Shown piece by piece: positions 24,189 through 37,400 of a DNA stretch of 64,000 bases. A program made the translations under genes and the position numbers. A model generated the notes under the pieces. That model saw only the letters and a program-made list of their open reading frames with translations. It was not told where the DNA came from and ran no database searches. This DNA comes from Styela clava (taxonomy: Eukaryota): assembly GCF_964204865.1 (NCBI RefSeq), contig NC_135252.1, forward strand, positions 11,160,001 through 11,224,000, given 5' to 3'. Every line of letters starts with the position of its first letter. Position 1 is the first letter of the stretch.

Positions 24189-25797
24189 TATTGGACACGT
24201 AGTGGACATAACGATCGTTTCAATATTATGTTGTTGTTGTTGTTCTTGTTCTTGTTCTTGTTCTTGTTCTTTGACACGTTTTTAAAAAGTCGCTTTTCTC
24301 TTTGATTACTGGACTAATTGCTTTGAAATTTTCAGTGGTTGAAGATGAAATTTTTCTCCAGAAGGCTATTACTTTTATTTATTTCAAATATTTCTGTTAT
24401 CTCTGTAAGATTTGTTTTTGTTTGCTATGACGTCACTAAACGTTCTGCGGATATCGGACGCCATTTTGTGTCCAACGGACCATCTTGCAATTACAATTCA
24501 CGCTGTCACAAGACAGGAGTTCTGGTACCGTAACACAGCGCGGTGACACTGAACTAACTCGTAGCTGTCAAAAGCTTGAAAATCCATACAAATATGAGAA
24601 ATAAAAAGATGAAACTTGGCAGGTGGGTAGAGTTGTGTTTCTTTTAACCATATTTGAAAGTTTCGCGTTTCTACATTTGAAGGAGAGGGAATAGGGGGTG
24701 TGCATTTCCGATACGTCGATAATATCTTTGTCAACCAATTTACGGCCACCGTGTTTTCGTCTGTTTGATTGCTGTGATGTGGTGCTTTGTTTATAATTTA
24801 ACGAGTTTTGTTCGAAATAACCGTGTTCTTGAAATATATGACGGTCAGAAATGCAATTAGAAGCCCAATGTTTTCACGCTGTCACAAGACCAACAATTGT
24901 CAACCAATTTGCGACCACCGTGTTTTGTCTGTTTGATTGCTGTATGGCTGCGTATGCGATAGTCTCGACGCAGCATAAACGATGATCAAGGCTTGAAATC
25001 CGTGGTCGCACACTGGTCGTTCGGTCGCAAATACGTCTTTCGAGTGCCGTACTTTGGGGATTTGTATAGCTTCAACCCTTTGTCGTAGAAAGTTGATACG
25101 AGGTTTAGCGTGTAGAATAAATGCCGCCAATGCACCCACGGTGAAAAAATTAACGGGTTAGATATATTGGTTTTTGTTTTATAGCGGTTTGAATGAAATT
25201 GTCCGCAGACTGGCTACACCACCCTAGGCCTGGTGAGTTGTCCGTGTAGTCGAATTGTCCATCAGCCCTAAACGGCTATGACAGTCACTGTACCAAAAAT
25301 TGTACCCCGATTCGGCTGGTGTTAAGTTGACGCATGTTATTTAGTAACGTTTTTATCTGAAATGTTTGACTGTGGTTCGGTACCTGATCCGATAATACGG
25401 TACATAATTGACTCATATCACGAGATATTTCAACTGATGTTTCAATTGTCACAGGACCTAAAATATCTATGACAGTCCCTGTATCGTCACGGTACCCCGA
25501 TACAGGTACTGGTGAGTCACCGCCGGTATGTTAGTCGTTGGTCACCGCATATGATTTTTGGGGAATTGTTCTGCGTATCCATATATTTGAGCATTGCTCT
25601 CTTGTTGTTATTTGTCTCCGTCTCCATTTTTAAAAAATCGCTTTTCTCTTCGAATACTGGACCAATTGCTTTGATATTTTCAGTGGTTAAAGATAAAATT
25701 TTTCTCCAGAAGGCTATTACTTTTTTTTCGCTATGACGTCATCAAAATTATTGCCACTGGGCTACGTGTCCATATATTTGAGCATAGCTCTCTTGTT
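24189..25797. mobile_element. Tandem or nested Helentron-associated (HINE-like) elements; same family as 60240-60862
   Basis: 5' TTATTGGACACGTAGTGGACATAACGATCG, (TTG)n/(TTCTTG)n microsatellite, 3' CTACGTGTCCATATATTTGAGCATAGCTCTCTTGTT (sub-TIR plus short hairpin); the core is repeated at ~24280 and ~25630. Confidence 0.7.
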
Positions 25798-28438
25798 TAA
25801 TAATACGCTCAGATTGGCCTTATGGCAACACTGAATACGAAATGCTATGATACGTAATTTAATTTCTCTATGACCTCATATAATAACAGGAAGAAGCTCT
25901 ACAATACGGATTGTTACCTGTTACACCGCTGGCCATTTACAGATATTTTAACTATAATATCCAATGTTAAAACGATATGTTGACCGAAGTTCTCAAACAA
26001 AACTCACTGTTCTCACTCATAGATGTCGCACCAAACGTTGAAAAATAGTGATACACTGCACGAGCTAGATATCATAAATTCAGACCATGTTTTTTTATTG
26101 CGACAAGCCAACGAGAATATTGAACTACGGTTTTGTCAACCCGTTAAAAACAGAAGACGTTGATCCCCATCATAAAATATTTTTAAATAATTTTCAAATC
26201 TGATTGCCTTATTGGGCATTATGTAATGAACTTGTGTCAATACAAAACTGAAATTCAAATATTGTTACTAGATTTCTGAATATGAAAGAAATTAGATAAA
26301 GCCGTTAATAATTTCCCCTGTGTTACCGATTCAAGTATTATCGTGAGTGCCATTATACTATGTAATTTGAGACGTAATACAGCAAACAGTTTACTGAATT
26401 AATGCTACAAACAAGTTCTGATTATTCCCCTTTCATACTGTTTCATTTTGAAGACAAACATAACGATTTCAGGTGTTTAATCAGTGCAATAATTTATTAA
26501 TATTTTCGGCAAATTCGGCAATAGATCAGTCTTATTTGCTTCTGAGTGCCCGGGGCCTTAATTTGAAAAAAAAATTATAATAAAAACAAAGATTCGTTTG
26601 TTCATTAATTAAAATAATTTTAAACCATTGCCTCATGTGTCATTGTCGGCAAAAGAAAATTTCTGGTATGATCCAGTCTGTGTAACACTTTTTATTACAA
26701 CATAATATCAACGATTTTAAAACTGATGACTTCGTAAAACAGTTCAGGTGATATGAATTAGGACAACAGATGTGAGATGATGAATCTAAAGTTCTTGAAA
26801 AAATTTTATTGACTAATTTCCTTGTCTCGTAGGTGCAATGGAAGTTGACGGACGGAAGTACACGGTTAACCGAGTATGTTGACTAAAAAAATATTTAGAG
26901 GGAGAAGTTATGTTGAAAGTAACACGATTCATCATAATATCTGTAAAATAAAATAGGCACAACGGAGCAGAATTTATTTGATTAGAAGGATTTTGTAGTT
27001 TGGAGACCAATCAGGAGGCAATCCTATTTGTTACTCCTACTAGGATTCTTGTTTAGTACTATTACGAAAGCATCAGGTTGAATATGATAGCAATACTTCA
27101 TGCAAATCAAAGATTTGTGCAAGGTAATTGTGTACTCGCGGTACAAATAGCGTCAAACGCCGAAAAGAGGTCCAACTTTTGAAGCGTCTCTAGTGACGAA
27201 TTATTACCATTTACTGTGAGCGTGATCTTTTCGGGTTTCAAATGAAAATGTTCTGTGGACTTTAAAAATCATCCTTATGTTTTTTCTCTTACGATAGAAG
27301 TATCTGTCAATTTCTTGCACCCGTCAAAGTTGTGTTGCATTTCTATTCTAGTTTTCATTCGAGTCACACTAGCATGGGACAACAGGACACGCAAGCAACA
27401 GATTGATAATTGTTTTTTGCACAAACTGCACATGCTTCTTCATCTGTGCATCGTTGAGTAAAATTTTCTTTTTCGAAAATATTATCGGTCGTGTGGTATT
27501 TCCTCAGCCTACTGCTTTACCTTTGTTTTCTTTTTAAATGTATTACACGCTTTTTTCAAACAGATTCAAATGTCCCGATGCTACTGGATAGGGTGTTTCA
27601 TACATTGGACGAAGCCTTGGGACCTTTCCCGAATATGTCTGTCTGCATGGGAGCTCAAAGTTGAATATGTATTTATCATGTAATGTAGGTTTAATTAAAC
27701 CTATTCGGTATTTTTGCGGGCGCATTCAATATTCTTCTTGACTTGAAAAAAGTCTTAGACTAAAAAAGGGTTCATGAGCGCCAACTTGCGAGAGGAAAGA
27801 CATGTTTTATACCAAACACATCGTCGATGAAGAAAACAAACAAAGGTTTATTTGATTATCGCTATTGTAGATCACGCAAATAAACTACTTCTTCAAACAA
27901 ATTACATTGAAATAGTTTATTATTTTATATAAGCATATTCGACTTTGCGATAAGCGGATAGGTGTAAGTTGTAAGCTGTAAGGTCACCGACAATTAATAA
28001 TTATTCAGCTCATAGAAAACTGAAGCAAAATATCTGATTGCGACATTATTCAACGTATTACGTGCTATAGAATGCAAATTGAGTATTTTACAATGTTTCT
28101 TTGTCATTTATCTCACCTGACATCAACTTTCCGATTAGATTGACAAGTCTTTGTCGTCGTTTATTATCTAGTAGAGTAAAAACTATTTTCGTTGAAAGTA
28201 TTTTTATTGTCAACATTCTCAATAATTAATAAAAAAGTATAATTTATTATTGCTTTACAAAGGATTATATATATGTTTATTGTATTCATTAATTGAGAAT
28301 AGACTTTAGAAATTACGTTATTACTTGTTATTACTTACGTTATTAAGTGTTTGGCAGTGCTAATTGTTATATTGACTCATGATGTATAGATGTAGATGAT
28401 AAATTGTTATCGATCATTTTCAGAAAACAATTATAAAT

Positions 28439-31400
28439 ATGAAAATATCGGGAACTCAGTTAGGATTTTTATTAGTCGCCATCTTGCTCAAAAGCAATGC
28501 GGTTTCTGCATTAGGTAAGTACTAGGAATCTTAACTTAGACAGGAATAAAGTTTCCTATCAATTGACGAAGTCCTAGTAAAGCGAATGCACAATATGTGC
28601 TGAATTTTTGAAGCACTCCGATAGAACTTCGTAATCGTTTTGATCAAATGAGCTTGACGTTATCTCGTCTGCGTACAGTTTCCAACATTGACCAAGCCAT
28701 AAATAAGTATTTTGCGTGATGAATGCCAGTTTTTCAGTTAGATGTAGAATTAGAGCAACCGTAATACTTTGATATACATCTAGTGATAATTTTCAAAACA
28801 CTCTTAAGAAAACTTACAAATCCCAGATTACAGTTATAATACAAGAGACGAGATTTTCTATTATTTCAAATTGAAACTGTTTATAAAAGCATTTTTTATT
28901 TATAATGTTCTGTGTTCAATTTGTGCCGAATTATGTTCTTTTAATGAATTAAATTTTGTCAACATGGACAAACCCCCTATAAAAAATACGTGCTGTTGAA
29001 AGTCTTGACAAATTTTGAATAATATTACTAAAAATGTTTACTATTCTTCATATATAAAAATTTCATTTATATATTTGTCTGAATGCTCCATCCAAACACA
29101 GGCAAACGTCGTAATAGTTGGTAAAGATTGCCCCTAATAAAACCCATCCTAGTCAATCAGCAACCCCATATAAAAAACTCCATTACTTTATACCTTATTT
29201 GGTTTATTCATTCATGTAGAAATACTTGCATCCCGTGATTTAAACTAAATATTTATTTTCCGCCTCCACAACTAATTTTCACAAATGCAATATTTGCTTA
29301 CATCACACACGTGGCGTGCCAAACACCGATTATGTGAATAGTTATAATCCCATATCTTGTTTGCTAATAAAAATCGATGAGCTGTCACTAATGAATAAAT
29401 TAAATCTGTAAATAGGCACGAAACTATTGGTTGAAAAACAATAGAATGCGGGTAATCCTAAAGTATGCGCACCAAGATGTCGCACAACCTGAACCCTAAC
29501 CTGGTACACAACCTGAATTCAGGTTGTGCGCCATCTTGGTGCGCATACTTCAGGAGGTCCAGAATGCGAATATATCCACATTGAAAATGGAATTGCGCAA
29601 TCATGTACATTTTGTAAATATCCTCTATAACCGACTCAGTGGCAGAAACAGCTAACTTGATTGATTAATACTTTAAATATTAAAGTTCTAGATTGGTTTA
29701 AATCAAATTTAATCATAAACTTATATCTCTGAACTGGTTCTCAATATTAATATAACAATTACGCGATTTACAACAAGCAATTGTAGTTATTCGCAATATT
29801 GAAAATGGTTTATTTAATAATTTGATAGATTTTTATTTTTGCTAGAATAAACTTTATATAAATCACCTCATATACAACAAACAGCAACTTCAGTAGAAAG
29901 CGTGACCTGGAAGTGCTTTATTACACGTAAAATAGACCACAATATGCTCTTAAAATCAAATACATAATAATTCTTCTGTTGTGCAAAAATACACAATACA
30001 AAGAAGCAGGGCGCAAATTCAGGAAAGTTACTAAAATTTCAAATGAGGTTTAAAACATGACACATACTCCGTTGGGCAATCTCATTTAGGGACATATGGT
30101 ACGAAGAAAATCTCAATGAGATACTTTGTATTTGGGCTTCAAATTTGTGAGGATAATTAAAATACGCAGCTATAAGAGAAATGAGTGAAGGTTTATCAAT
30201 TTCATTTTGTAGTCTCGATCGAGGCGCCAGTAGAAGAGTATTGGGGAGTGCGTGATGATGCCGAACTCCAAATCCAGGCCAATGTAACCACAGACGTCGA
30301 TTGGGGTAATGTAACAGTAACAGTGAAAACTCCTGACAACAGAGCATTTCCAGCAAACACTGAAGATGGTACGGATTCTACATCAAGGCTTTACACTTAC
30401 GCCATCAAATCATTATTTATAGCAGATGCTGGCGTGTATACATTCACAGTGGAAGATTCATCTACCGGAGAGACAGATAATGCAACAGTTACTGTATACA
30501 GTGAGTAAAAGCTTTCTTCCTAAACTTCCTAAGATAATGCAGGATAAGCTTAAATTGGCCTACTAAAAATCTCAACAGTGACACCGGATGAACCACATAT
30601 TATTTTATCAAGCCTAATTATATATTAACAATAAACACGTAACATAAAACACTGAAACCATCTTATACTAATCACTTATTCCTTTTGTTACTTGCTTCAT
30701 GATATTTCGACTTGTTCTATATACAGTATACACCGTTGACGTGTTACCAATATCAGCTAGTCATCACGTTGTCGATGGTCAAAGCAGACTTAAACCTCTG
30801 CTGATACCGATATATGTCTCAACCGATGGAGACTGGGGCAATGTCGATGTAACTTCAATGACCCCAAGTGGAGATTCATCTTCGACGAGCTTCATCGAAA
30901 CAAGTTTTCCATTTATGAGATTATATCAAGTGAACGTTGATGATGCGGAACCTGGGATTTACAATGTATCAGTAAATGAAATTTTAGGAGGACGGGAGTA
31001 TGCACTTTTTTCAACATCAGAAGTACAAGTGTATGGTAAGTAATGTTTTATTTAAGTATTCTATATTTTGGAATAAGTAGCCTATATACATATCGCGTTT
31101 AATGACAATTTTAGTCTGGTTTTTTCTAATTAAACAATAAACTCCTTCTTGGCTGTCCAGTAGAAAATTATAATTCAAAAAGAAAAATTTTAGGAAGTAT
31201 AAGATTTTGAAACCGAAAAGAAAAAAATATGCGAAATGCATTAGTATAAGAGAATTCGTTGCAAAGCTTCTTAAATGTAATTGATCCAAAATATATCACT
31301 TTAAAACTAAATCACTTTAAATATAAATACACCAACAAAACCTCGCCAAGAAAAATTTCAAATGTCGTTGGTTATTTTAATTTAGAGGCAACATCGCCAG

Positions 31401-34400
31401 ACGAATATTTGTACAGAATAGCTGAAAACAGAGTCAATATATTGAGCACCGTTCCCGATTTTCATCAATATTGGTACGATGGGCCAGATGACACCTATAT
31501 ATTGGACGGTGGTAATGATATGTATGACAGGGGAAATTATGTAAGATATTTTCATAAGTTTTTTAGTCTGATTATTTGTTTGTTTTACAAGTAGTATCTG
31601 CGCATATCAGAGGCTGATTTTATATCTACATTCTTGCTCTGACGAAAGTGTGTACCACCTATAAAGTTATTAGCATTCGTACTGTATATAATTCTACAGT
31701 TTGTGTCGATTTCCTGTTGAACACTTTGTAAATTTGTTCCAATGTATGTAATAATGTGGTATTTTCCAATGTTTGTTGAAAGCTTGGCGAAAGTAACTGA
31801 CCTGAAAAATCGCAAAATGCATTAATTAATTATTAATTCCAACGTGTTCAACAGTATATTTACTTCCAATAAATTGTTGTGCAATAATTTATTGCTTTAC
31901 AAAGTGTGTGAATCCATAAAGCACCCGCGCCATGCATAATGAGATGTTAACGTTTTTTGATCAGCAGTTACTGTGATTCGATAATTTCTATGATCTATGG
32001 GAAACGAGCCAAAAATTGTCTGACATTGAAAAATATTGACACAGATGCGATAATAACATTTTTTAAACTGCATTATCTTATTGGTTGAGTCCACTATATT
32101 TGTTTTCTAAACGAAATATAATATTCAGTGCGATATACTGATCACTGCCGTTAATATATTATTTGAACATGTACTTAAGAATGGCTAGTTGGTGGTAGAG
32201 CAAACACTTGCTAATCGATATTGGAATGCTTTTTTGCAATCATTATCCCAGTATGATTTGACAGGATTCATCCCATGTCCAGCAATTTCATCAACAAACA
32301 CACCGGACGGTCAATAACGTATAGTTATCAAGCGTGATATTAATCAACGACGCAAATTAAAATTTACAAAGGAATCACAAAGTAACTTTCTGTTGCGAAA
32401 TTATTTATCGTTTTCAGCAAAAATTGTTTACCACCATAAACCTTTGTTCAGATCACCATATCATCGGGCAACTCTGTCACTTCAAACGTGCCGTATGGAA
32501 AACCATTTACGTAAGCTTGTGAAATAACTCATAAAATGGGTATGGTAACCAATCCATTCCCGCGTCGCAGATTTTGTTTTTTATCTATGCTATGCATTAC
32601 CATAATCTGTTGCCCGTATTTAGCAAACATATCGAAATTAATGTTATAGCGTCTGTATTTATATAAATATATGTTGTCACGCCATTTCATTCCACTTTAT
32701 TCCTCACAATTTCTACCTAGATAAATGACTCAGTTTACACCAAGTGAAACCATTTAATAAATACATGTCAATAATCGAGGTGATGTATTTCATCGCAGTT
32801 GATTTTATGGCAACATCTCTATTGTAAGTTTATCGGGCGCTCCATAAGTGTGTGTACCAATATGGAGGTAACTAATTTTGTTCGCCTACTTTACATCAAG
32901 TTGTGTAAAGGGACCGAAGCCTATGTGGACAGTGAGTATATTGACTTGGCTAACACAGACAGTCCCTGAACTCGTAATAGAACTAAAATAAGGAAAATAG
33001 GAATAAAAGTATGGCTTAACCTGGTACACACACTACCGTTTATTGTACTGTTTGGCGTAGAAATTAATTCTTAATTACATTATAACATTTGATTTAGTTG
33101 TTTTGTTGAGAATTGCAGAACTTTGACTTATTAGTACATTTTAATCAATAGAACTCCATCGTACCTATTTTCATCAAAAACAACGTATCCGTTCACATCA
33201 CTAATGTGGATTTCAAATGTCAATGGAGTCGAGGATATGTTTTCAATGAAGGTAGATAAAAGTTCTACTTCGAACTTTGTTGACTTTTGAGTCAGTTATT
33301 TAAATGTATAAACTGTCCAACATGCCCATTGGGCCTAAAATACCTGGGTACGACATTCGCGCTAGACGATAGCCTCAAACTTGCACTTTCAATCTCTACC
33401 CTATCAAAAAGTATTCAATAGGGAATATTAAATATCCACCTGTGACCATACAATGTGTATTGTGGGACATAACTCTTTACATTTGCATACAGGTATCAGG
33501 TAAAACAGGTGCGTTTGGCACCGGGATGACTTCACAATTCAGTTCGTCGTTTACACATTCGGGGTACAATGTTTGGTATAAAACGTTTCAAGTTTACGAT
33601 GCTTCTCCTGATCCAAGTATCTGCGAAGTTTATTTCTACGTCACAAACGAAGAGGTAGGAATTTCACCACGTTTTTTGCTTATTCTCACCGCGTTTTTGT
33701 GTTAGTGCTGTAAGCTAACCTTATATGAAGAATACACTCCTGTCAAAGATAGTAAGAGATCTGTTGGAAAATGGTGTATAGAAAGCTATTGCCGTAAATT
33801 TTTTTTTATCTTTACAGCTTTGGGCTTCCGTTCCTCCAACGTCTGTCAACCTTACAGTGGCCAGTGCCTCGACTATAAACTTGGATAACACCTTTAGTGT
33901 ATCAGGAGGACCACAAAACATTATGATCGGATATCTACTACTTTCCAAGTAAATGCCACGATTCTTTTATTTTAATATTTTTCATGGTGAGATTTATCAA
34001 TTTTAGCTGATTTATAATTCATAGATAATTTACTAATTCTAACATTCAGTCCAAATATCACAGTTCTTATGGTAACGAGACACTGCAGTCAGAAGTCAAT
34101 CCTGTAATGCATAAAATAACAAGCGTGATAGAGGAGAAAGATGGTATGTATGTGTATAAGGTATAAAAATTCGTAGTACTCATTTGAATAAGCTATTTTG
34201 ATTGCAAATTGGATACATGTAGCAAGAGTAAAAATAACTATCGCAGGTGATTCAGTCTTGCTGCACACTAACACACGGGTAGTTGAACTATGTATGTCTG
34301 AAGAAATATATTTGTGTTAGTGTGCAACAACACTCTTGAATCACTAGGGATACGGTAGTTATCTTTACTCTCGCTACAGCATCCTTGCATTATATGAATA

Positions 34401-37400
34401 CGGATCGATCGGCATAGAAAAAGGATTAGTCTCGCAGAAACCAAAGCATTTACAAACAATTTCAATTTTGAAGTGTGTAATCTGAAAATATTATGCCTTA
34501 TTTTGAAAAACAATTTGTCATATATATATTTATGCATTTAAAAAAAGCAAGTGTAAATTCTGCTAAAAATATTACCAACGCCGCCTGGAACTGATTACTG
34601 GAACTAATTTTTTGTAATGTTTCAACAGCATTTACAATAATGGCAGAAGAAGACGAAATAGAATTGGAAATGGGCGAAGAGAGTGCAACCCTATCTGTGA
34701 CGATAACCAGCCTCGGAAATTGGAATGGTTACGATGTAACGCTTGAAACACCCTTGGGTGAAGTTTACAACGTGACCAACTATACAGACAACATTGATGC
34801 GCGCGTTTACAGCTATTCTTTGACATCGCTGACAGAATCCGACTCGGGAATATACATATTTCATGCAACTGATAAATACAAATATGCTCTGAAGGCTGAA
34901 ACCAAACTCACCAGTGAGTAAATATATTCATGAACTTTGCGCAAAAGGTTTAATATATGGCCAATAATTATCAATTATTTATTCATCCTGGTTCAGTTAG
35001 CTCTAAGCCACAAATTAACCAGAAGGCATTCGAATATAAGATTATGCACAATATTGATTCATCATATTTAAAAAAAACTTTAAAATGGAATTAATTATTT
35101 CGAAAGTTTTTTGTTTATCAGATACGGTTGTAATATGCACGTAATATTTTCGGAGAAACATTTTATATGTTTCAATTAGAAATCCTTTTTACTTATACTG
35201 TCCCAATAATCACTGGAACAGCAAGTAAATATATTTTGTTGCTATTAGTAAACAACAATCAAAATTGATATTCTCGTTGCAGTATTTTCAGCAGAAATTA
35301 TTATTGTCACTCGCGAGTACTGGGGGACTAATGACGCTGAAGTGGTATTGAGCGTGATGGCGGTTGCTGACAATTGGACGGATACAACGGTTATGGTTCT
35401 GAGACCAGATGGATCTGTCCACGAAGCGATTGCGGAAAACAACACTGGAGTTACCAGAACTTTCACCCATCGTGTTACAAACCTGTTTGTGGAAGATGCT
35501 GGAGTTTATCAATTTACAACTCAAAGAAATGGACTCGTTTCGTCGAGGCCTGGAAATGTAACTCTTTATTGTAAGTTATAGACGGCGCTGCAATACAATT
35601 ACATTATTCTGTTATACCGTTTAACTATTATGCAGATAATGTTACATTTTTGAGACAAATAAACATACATACATACATACATTAAGTTACTATATGAACG
35701 ATTTTCACTGGCGGGGATTCTACGACGTAAAAGGCACAATTTACGTGAAACCGTTACAATTTACATCTTATACCCTATTGAATGTAGCGTTAGTATAATC
35801 ATGAAAGGTTTATTGGCTTACGTTTGTCAATACTAAATTTATACTGCATATAAGGTATATTTGAAAAAAATAACTCTCTCATTGTTTTGAAACAGTGTTC
35901 TCCATTGACATTTTACCGGATTCCTCAAGTTCGCACGCGATTGCAAAAGAAACTAAAGCAACCCTAATGGTATACGTTGCTTGCGATGGAGATTGGGCAA
36001 ACGTTCAAGGAAAAGTCACAACACCGTCAAAGGACGTCATTGACATGTATAGTGAACCTGGAGCAGTGCCCAGCGTTAAAGCATATTTAGCCAATGTCAC
36101 TGACGTCACAGCGGGACAGTATGACATTGTGATTACAGAGAGCCTCGGTGTAAGAACAGAGTCGAAATATTCCAGGGAAACCATTACAGTTCACAGTAAG
36201 TTTCCGTCTAAAATTAATAATTTTAGAGTTAAATGAGTTTGATGAAGAATTAGAATGCAAGCCATGATAACTATATTTCTATCCCAATCATTTGCTTTGA
36301 ATTAATTGAACACTATATTTGTAATTGTATTTATTTTGTAAAAGACGGCATCGTCTGGAATGTTGGGATTTTATTCTAGAGATGTAAGTGGTTAACCCTC
36401 ATGTGTTTGCAGTACAAACACATTAAATATACCAGATTGAAAAAGAATGCCATTCTGTATGCAAGGTGATCACGCATTATGTATTAGTACTTTAGATTTA
36501 ATGACTCTATTTTACAAAAGAACTGAACCAGAATGACCACTCCTGTTGTGCAACTGTTTGTCTAGTGTGATTTGTTATTTCAATGTAGGTTTGGCCCAGT
36601 ATTTACGCTATGATTTACAACTCCTGCAACAAGACACAGCTACGTTTAAACCACCGAACTCGCACGCAAATATTGCGTTTAACGATCCGAATAAACAGTG
36701 GTAAATCGTTAGCTATACTGAAATAGGAGATTTAAACACTTACAAAATACTCCGGCAAACCAATCGTGCCTGCTTCTAAAATGCTTACATATTTCTAAGC
36801 TTCCATAAATTCCCAGAACAAAGAAACCGATGTGGGTTCAGTACAAGACTGTCCTTGAAACATCAACCCATAAATGTAAAATAAATATAGCATATTTGAA
36901 GTTCGCTCTCTTTGAATATATTATATCATCATAAAAAATTGTGGAATGCAATCCTGCGGTGCCCGCAGTTCGTTTGACAGTATTGTTACTTTGTATTTTT
37001 TTTTGTAGTTAGTGTGGTTAATAGACACATTTCTTAAAAACTGAGCCCACAGTCCGGAAGGCGTACAATTCTTTAAAGCAGGGTCGATGAATCTCTGAAG
37101 TACTAATAAACGTCAACGTTATCATAAAATTTATGTTTAATTCAATTAATGCTTAGGAAATTCATCCAACAATCCTTTTGCATTTCTATATCACTTCCGG
37201 ACTGATGGTGATTTAATTGTTTGTACACTTAACTATCGGGTGTGAGCTATGATAAACGATGTTATACTGCCCAATGACTTTATAATGATTTGTATAAACT
37301 TTTCAAGGATTAATCAATTTTGGAAAACCAACTGCAAATTACCATTCTGAGATATAGACTAGACCTCGAACGAATTTCAAAGCTTAAGATTATTTAGTCA

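Noticed and set aside
36345-36383. 39-nt AG..GTAAGT exon candidate within the large gene
   Set aside because: It contains an in-frame TAG in the required phase and has no counterpart in the first repeat unit.
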